A DNA stretch of 45,527 bases, from contig FLMG01002722.1 in assembly GCA_900088475.1 (NCBI GenBank), positions 1 through 45,527 on the forward strand, read 5' to 3'. This stretch comes from Hyphochytrium catenoides (Eukaryota; Protista; Hyphochytriomycota). The translations under genes were made by a program, and so were the position numbers. The notes below the pieces were generated by a model. It was not told the DNA's origin, did not search any database, and saw nothing but the letters and a program-made list of their open reading frames with translations. Below, piece by piece: positions 39,145-45,527 of this stretch. Each line of letters begins with the position of its first letter. Position 1 is the stretch's first letter.

Positions 39145-40866
39145 ATGTTACAGGCCATCCTCTATCTCCAGACCTTTCTGAGCACTCTAATGTACTCGGT
39201 GGTCATGCCCTCCGTCCCTCTATATATGGACGTTGTCAATAACCCTCACTCCTCGTCTTCCTCAAGTGAGCTGTCAATCACCGATGGCTGCATAGCGGGT
39301 GGAGAAGGAGGAGAAGGGTCTTCTTCATCCATCTATATCGGTATGGCCGTTGGAGTATACCCCTTAATGGCTGCCGTAGCGAGCCCTCTACTTGGATGGT
39401 GGTACCAGAGGGCCAAACTACTTTTCCCTCTCCTCTTCTCCCTCTTATGTGTTATGCTAGGCAATGCCCTGTACGTTGTGGCTCGGTTGGTGAAGAAAAG
39501 CCCTTCTACAAGAGCATTTGTCGTCATTGGTGCCCGAGCTATCATTGGCGTTGGAGCAACCAACGGTGGACTAGCGAGAACGCATTTCGCGACAGTTACT
39601 CCTGCTGTCGACAAGGATAAAGTGATGGTCATTGTAACAGCTTTCGAGACCTTTGGCCTACTCCTAGGGCCAGTCCTCTCGGGTCTCGTGGCTGACGTGG
39701 AGTTCTCTATCGGTCCAGTACTAATAGACCAATTTTCTCTTCCGTCTCTTATTGCGATGGTCCTAGCAATGCTAAGCGCAGCTGGATTTGTTATCTATGA
39801 GAAAGGTCTCATTGAGAAGAGAGAGAGAGAGGCAAATAAGAAGAACTCTAAGGTTGAGGAGCATAAAAGACCAAGAGGAAGCAGAAGCCCGTCTATTGGG
39901 GAGAAAATATCTGAATATGGAGATGCGCCACGAGGGAGAGACTCAAGTGAGGTTTTCCTCAGGGAAGATGACTTCGTAACGGCGCTGGTTTCGACGGTTA
40001 ATGGCAGGAAGAAAGGGCCGAGAGGATTACACGTGATGCTTTCTCTGTCGTTCATTGTCAGCAGCACATGGGCGGCCTTTGAGACGGTTATGATCCCTTC
40101 TACGTGCCGCATGTACCAGTGGGCAGTCAGAGAGAACAGTTTTCTTCTGGGTGGATCTGCTTGTGTTTGCGCCCTAGTCTTCGTCGCTTACCTCCTCTTG
40201 CGGAAGCGCTATCTAAGCATCCAACGCTATCAGCGTCACCTCTATTCAACGGCCCTCCTTCTTCTAGCACTCGGCGATGGCTTGTTGATCAACCTATACC
40301 CCCTCGGCTCCTCGTTGCCTATGTTCGTGCTCCTCTTTTCTGCACTTGGCCCTCTCGCAATAGGCTTTGCCCTCTCCCAGGCATTGGGCTATTCCCTCTA
40401 TATGCTGCTTGTTTCGTCTGGAACGGAAGGCGTGGCCGTCGGCCGGCAGACGTCGGTTAACTTCCTGGCACGCTTTATCGGTCCCGTGGTCAGTAGCGCC
40501 CTTGCCGATATCCTTTTATTAGGAGATCCTCTGAAGTACGGCTCAGTCACTTGGATCTTTAACGTCGTGCTGCTGTCAATGGCCTTGGCCTTGGTCCTGA
40601 CCTTCTGGGCTGATCTTTGGTACCAGGCCTTGCCACAGGAGGAGAGGCATGCCGAGGCACGATGCATAGAAAGGATTAGCAGTGGTGCCACTTTGGTGGG
40701 CTCGATCTTTGATCAGCCGGACATAGGGTCAAGAAAGGATAGCGCAGACTTAATAGAAACAGCGAACGGGTATGAATCTGTTTTCTCCTCCCCTACTTCC
40801 TCCTTTCTTCCATTCAGTCAGCCTTTAACGTCTCCTATAGCTCTCCAGGGACACAAGAAATTGTAG
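39145..40866 (+). CDS. Major facilitator superfamily transporter (MFSD8-like), intronless, 573 aa
   Basis: About 12 hydrophobic segments in two bundles split by a hydrophilic loop. Motif-A-like SPLLGWWYQR, GARAIIGVG, and G...GP in both halves (GLLLGPVLSG; ARFIGPVVSS). An in-frame stop lies 15 nt upstream of the ATG. Confidence 0.88.
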   Translation: MLQAILYLQTFLSTLMYSVVMPSVPLYMDVVNNPHSSSSSSELSITDGCIAGGEGGEGSSSSIYIGMAVGVYPLMAAVASPLLGWWYQRAKLLFPLLFSLLCVMLGNALYVVARLVKKSPSTRAFVVIGARAIIGVGATNGGLARTHFATVTPAVDKDKVMVIVTAFETFGLLLGPVLSGLVADVEFSIGPVLIDQFSLPSLIAMVLAMLSAAGFVIYEKGLIEKREREANKKNSKVEEHKRPRGSRSPSIGEKISEYGDAPRGRDSSEVFLREDDFVTALVSTVNGRKKGPRGLHVMLSLSFIVSSTWAAFETVMIPSTCRMYQWAVRENSFLLGGSACVCALVFVAYLLLRKRYLSIQRYQRHLYSTALLLLALGDGLLINLYPLGSSLPMFVLLFSALGPLAIGFALSQALGYSLYMLLVSSGTEGVAVGRQTSVNFLARFIGPVVSSALADILLLGDPLKYGSVTWIFNVVLLSMALALVLTFWADLWYQALPQEERHAEARCIERISSGATLVGSIFDQPDIGSRKDSADLIETANGYESVFSSPTSSFLPFSQPLTSPIALQGHKKL

Positions 40867-43276
40867 CCCTAGAGTAACTCTTCCACTTTATTTATTTTTT
40901 TTGGGGTCGTTTGCATCAAATCGCAGGTTGACAGACAAGGGTTATCTTTAATAATGCATCATAGTGCTACATTTCTTTTAGCTTCAATAAAATCAGCTCA
41001 GGAGACCGGAACGTTGATTGACGTTGAGCAGGACGTTAGACGAACAGGAAGTGAAGATTCGAGGAACGCGGCGACTTGTTGCCCGATTCCTCCTAAATAA
41101 CTTCTATGTGGGAATCTAGAGGGCGGGTAGATGACAACGCAGGAGGACCTTTATCTTTTCAGACATAGCCCTTTTCAGATGTGCCAAAGGAGCATATGTG
41201 CCAAAAAGGAGCATCAGTCCCATCACCAACCCTAATCTTCTCACCGCTGCCCCTTTACGCCTCTCTCTTCCAGATTTTCGCTCATCATATATCGCCTCAC
41301 TAAGAACATCCGACTACAAGCCAAATGACCTACTGGTCGTACAGAAGGAAGCGTAAGAGACCTACCATAACTTGCAATACCAGCACTTCTGCTGTGGAAT
41401 CTGATCAGATGCAAGTATCATCAGTACTAAAAATGCACAAGAAGAAGGGGAAAACATCCACTGGCATAAGGAACAGCGCTGATTCCATGATTCCGGAGAA
41501 GAGGTAATAAGTAGAAACAGTAGTAGTAGATACACTTGGGATGGGAAACATCCCTGGTCAACAACAAATGAGCAGGATCATTCAAAGCATCATTGTGGAT
41601 GGACCAGGAAGGGTGGCAAGAGGTAGTTCTAGAGCGGGCGGGAGATAGTAAGACTTTACCACCAACAAGTGGCTTGGGCACACGAAGCTGCATAAGAAGC
41701 AGCGACCTAAAAGGTGGATAAAACCTCTATCTTGGAACCCTCTTGTACCCCCATTTTTGCACTCTCTTTATCATCTGCTTTTTTTCGTGCTCGCCTTCTT
41801 TTGCTCCTTCTCTTTTGTCATGTTTGTCTCCTTTTCCTCGTTCCTTCTTGAGCGACTTTGCCATGCGAAGGGCTTGATCAGATTCAATATATGGACTGGT
41901 CTCCACCCACAGTAGACAAGCACCGCCTGCTATGGTCACGCAACCGCTCGTTTTTTCCTCTAGTTATCAAACTCACCTATGCGCTAGCAGTCTCCTGTGT
42001 TACTACTTGTACCATCAGCAATGCCATCCTCCTCGCTCAAGACTTCTTTCACTACCATTTTTAATTCGTTTATCACCGCCCTCTCGCCGAGTTTTCTGTT
42101 CTCAATCTTTCATCTTTCGTACCCATTCTCTCCCACTGATCTCCTCTTCTTCTTCTCCCTTGCTCCAGCTCCTTTGCTCTCCAGACGTAACACTTGCCAT
42201 TTCTATTCTCTTTTCTTTGAAACACTCCTCTCCTCCGTATCTCTCTGAACGTTGTCGGGGCTAGAACTATATCCGTTTTCGTTCCCCATTTTTTCCCTTC
42301 AGACTTTCCATCTTCTGGGTTTGCCTCCTCTTTTGTTCTTTCTATCTGTGTAGCTATGTTCGCTGTTACACATAGTTCCACCACTAACATCTCGTTGCCT
42401 CCAATCTCACCTTTTCCACGTTATTCGGTCCTTTCTGGCAGGTACACAGATACTACTCTTGTCTCTCTCTTCTTTCTCCCGTCCTCTCTCTCTCTCTCTC
42501 CGTCCATGTATACGTTACCGCTTCCCCGGCCCTTAAATTTCTCGTGTCTTGATCTGACAGCCTCATACCTTCCCCTATATACATTACCATTTTTCTCTGT
42601 CTCTTTCTCCTCCCTTCAGGCATAAGGGTCTTATTTTTCTCAGTAACGGCGAGGCTTCGGTCTAGTACTTCTTGTCTGTGTCCTTGCACTAACACGGGTC
42701 AGTTAACTAGTACTACCCAGCTGCCTTTCTTATTACCCTGGTCTTCGTTTTCGTTGCTCGCTTCCTGCAGGTCACTCACACAAAAGGGGCCTCGAGAGAG
42801 AGAAACAGGCATATAGAGAAGCATCGAGAGAGGAGACATATAGAGAGACGATTTATTGAGGTATAGAGAGAGGCCGGGCACACCATTAGGAGCAGGGGAC
42901 AACATCAGAGAGTGGTTCCTGTCTCCTATCTTCTTGCGTGCTATCCCTGCCTCTGCCTCTTACCACCTCGCTCTCTCGCTGCCTCTTGGTATTACTGCCT
43001 GCTGCGTGATGCTGCCCGTGTCTTCTCCGTACTTTCCTACGGCTTCTGCCTCATGCCCCTAGCGTGATGGGTGCTTTCTCTTGCACCCTGGTGCTGTCCT
43101 CTTGGTCAATGTATTGCCTTGGCTTTGCCTCCTCCTACCGCCAATTTGCAACCAAGGGCTACGTGTCTCCTCTGTCTCGTATGGTCTCCTGCCTCCTGTT
43201 ATCTACTACTGCCTTGCTGTCACCACCCAGTGCTGCCTTCTGACGTCCACCTTTTGACCCCTATCATCTACCTCAT

Positions 43277-43311
43277 GCCTCCTGCTGCGCCTCCTGCTGC
43301 GCCTCCTGCTG
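43277..43311. repeat. 12-bp tandem repeat GCCTCCTGCTGC (~2.9 copies)
   Basis: Read directly; it lies within a C-rich block (~42930-43510). Confidence 0.8.
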
Positions 43312-44279
43312 TCGTCTCCTGTGTCCTACTGTCTCTTGTCTCCTGCTGTTCTTAGTTATATAGTAATCCCTTGCTCCTTCCTGCAGTTGCCCGCTGCTTC
43401 CTTCCTCCTGGTGCTACCTAACCCCCTTATGCTGTGTCCCTCGCCCATGGCTGCTTGCTGCTGTACCCGGTGCCGCTGCCATGCCTCCTCCAACTGCCTT
43501 GCACTACCCCAACAAGTGACTAAGTCAAGAAAGAAAGTAAGAATGAGAAGAAGTATCTTGGAAGGAGCAGAAAAAAGAGACTAAAAAACAAAGCAAAAGA
43601 GTGATCAATCGTAACTAACATCACGGAAAGAGGAAAAGTTAGAGGATTAAGTAGAGAATGGACCAAGGGAGAAGATTATGAGGGAAAATGAGATAGGGCA
43701 TATTGGAATTGGGGATACAGCTTATCCTTCTCGCTAAATTGTAATGGATGGTGGACGATAAGGAGCTCCGGTAGATAGCATCAAAGGTCTCTAGCAATAG
43801 CTTTACTGTAAAGAGTACTGGAAGTTACTGCTGACGTTCGGACTCTGTACTGGAAGTCTCTCGCACACTGTCTCTGCACTAGACCGTGCTGGTCTTCTGC
43901 GTTAGACTTTGCAGATGGAAGTTCTGATGGCGCTCTGAACTTCTCACTGAACACGACCGAAACTCTTGAAAGGCTTTCTTTCTTCTTGTCCCTTCTGAAG
44001 TCTTTCTCTCTCACTCCCTTCTACTTCTATCTTCTTTGCATGTGTTGCTCTTTCATCGTAGAACTTGGATATAGGAAGTAGTTCAGTATTAAGTTAGCGA
44101 ACTACGTAGTTTAGGTAGTTAGCTCTAGTAGAATCACTAGCCAAGAGCTTGATGAGCGCTTGTTCACTTTGATCAACTAATTCATTCATCAATCTCCTAC
44201 GAAAAGCACAAGCCCAACACTCCCTCATTTGATGAGCACTCGGCTAAAGAAGGGTAGTAGGTAGGTAGGGATGAGTAAT

Positions 44280-45381
44280 TAGGGATGAGAAGGATTAGGG
44301 CATTAGGGCACCACAAATACCAGGCAGGCCGGTAATCAATAGACAGCATCGGGACCGGGCAGTTGGCAACGGCAGCTGGTTAGGTGCTGAGGTATTAACA
44401 ATAGAGCAACTACTCAAAAATAGGACAGCGGGTTTGAGAAAGGCATCGGGGAAGGGAGTGAGCAGCGCGTTAAAAAGCAGCGGGATAGGAAGTTGGTTAG
44501 CAGCAATTAACGAGAGGGTAGTAAGCGTGTTGGACCGAGTTCTGGCGAGGGCAGTTGGTTAGGGCTTAGGAGCTAAGCGCAGGACAGCTTGTTAAAAGGG
44601 CAGCGGGCAAGAAAGGGCATCGGGTAAGAAAGAGCATCGGAAAAGGGAAAGAGCAGCGCTAAAAAACAACGGGTTAATTGAAAGGGTGTTGATCAGCAAG
44701 CGAGTTGGACAGAGGGTGGAAAGCGTGTTGGAGCGGTTTGGGGTAGTGAGTGGGTTAGTGAACGGAATAGTGAGCGGGTTAAGGAAGGGGTAGAAAAGGG
44801 CAGCGGGTTAGAAAAAGGGCAGCGGAAGAGGAAAGAGCATAAAAGAACAGAGCCGCTTAGAGTTAGGAATCGCGAGTAGAATCAAGAGGGTAAGAAAAGC
44901 AGCAGTTAGGAAAAAGCAGCTTAGATTCAAGAGGGTAAGAAAAGGCAGCAGTTAGGAAAAAAAGGGTAAGAAAAAGCAGCAGGTAGGAAGAAAACAGCAG
45001 TTATAAAAAGAAAGAGCAGCGGGTTAGGTTGCGGTTAAGAAGGGCAGCGGGTTAGGGCAGCGGTTTACGAAAAGGTGTTATGGTAATGGTTAGGGTTAGA
45101 GCAGAGGTTAGGGCAGCGGGTAAGGGCAGCCGGTTAGGGCAGTGGGGTTAAAAAATTAGCAGATATAAAGAAAAGGAAGCGGGTTAGATTGCGGGTAGGA
45201 AGTGCAGGGGGTTAGTGCAGCGGGTAAGAGAAGCGTGTTATGATTAGGGCGAGAAGCGTGTTATGGTTAGGAAAGAGGGTTAGAAGAGTGGGTAAGGAGA
45301 GCGGTTTTAGGGCAGCCAATTTTAGGGCGGTGCGAAAGAGCTGCAGTTAGGGTGGGCGGTTAGGGCAGCAGGTTAAGCAGA
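44280..45381 (+). repeat. Degenerate telomere-associated array (GGGTTAG / GGGCAGC half-units, often with A-tracts)
   Basis: Strongly G/A-biased strand with recurring GCAGCGGGTTAG, GGGTAAG and TTAGGG. Fidelity increases toward the window end. An internal ~34-bp duplication lies at 44882-44915 / 44927-44961. Confidence 0.8.
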
Positions 45382-45527
45382 GTGTTAGGGCAGCGTGTTA
45401 GGTTAGCGTGTTAGGTTAGCGTGTTAGGTTAGCGTGTTAGGTTAGCGGGTTAGGGTAGCGGGTTAGGGCAGCGGGTAAGGGCAGCGGGTAAGGGCAGCGG
45501 GTTAGGGCAGCGGGTTAGGGCAGCGGG
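45382..45527 (+). repeat. Terminal 13-bp tandem repeat, consensus GGGTTAGGGCAGC; candidate telomere
   Basis: Eleven consecutive units in exact 13-bp register plus a final GGG: GTGTTAGGGCAGC, 4x GTGTTAGGTTAGC, GGGTTAGGGTAGC, GGGTTAGGGCAGC, 2x GGGTAAGGGCAGC, 2x GGGTTAGGGCAGC. The G-rich strand runs 5'->3' toward the sequence end. The repeat itself is certain; its telomeric role is inferred. Confidence 0.85.

Overview
Eukaryotic (protist-like) nuclear DNA with the standard genetic code, GT-AG introns and abundant (GA)n/(CT)n microsatellite. It appears to run into a chromosome end. The left ~33 kb is gene-dense and intron-rich. It holds a TRF4/PAPD5-type non-canonical poly(A) polymerase (+), a ubiquitin-specific protease with N-terminal membrane segments (+), and a 25-exon eukaryote-type DNA topoisomerase II that looks mitochondrially targeted (-). 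Head-to-head with Top2 is a 9-exon lysyl-tRNA synthetase (+), followed by a ~13-exon, ~1900-aa IQ/EF-hand-like/Zn-finger/BAH-like protein (-). At ~33.6 kb a GTAC-dense patch marks a switch to a gene-poor subtelomere-like zone. That zone has two intronless genes: a GT4 glycosyltransferase with a frameshift near its C-terminus and an MFS transporter. The window ends in a G-rich array that sharpens into a strict 13-bp repeat, GGGTTAGGGCAGC. This candidate unusual telomere is the most notable observation. All exon models were built by hand from splice sites, reading phase and recalled family motifs; no database searches were run.
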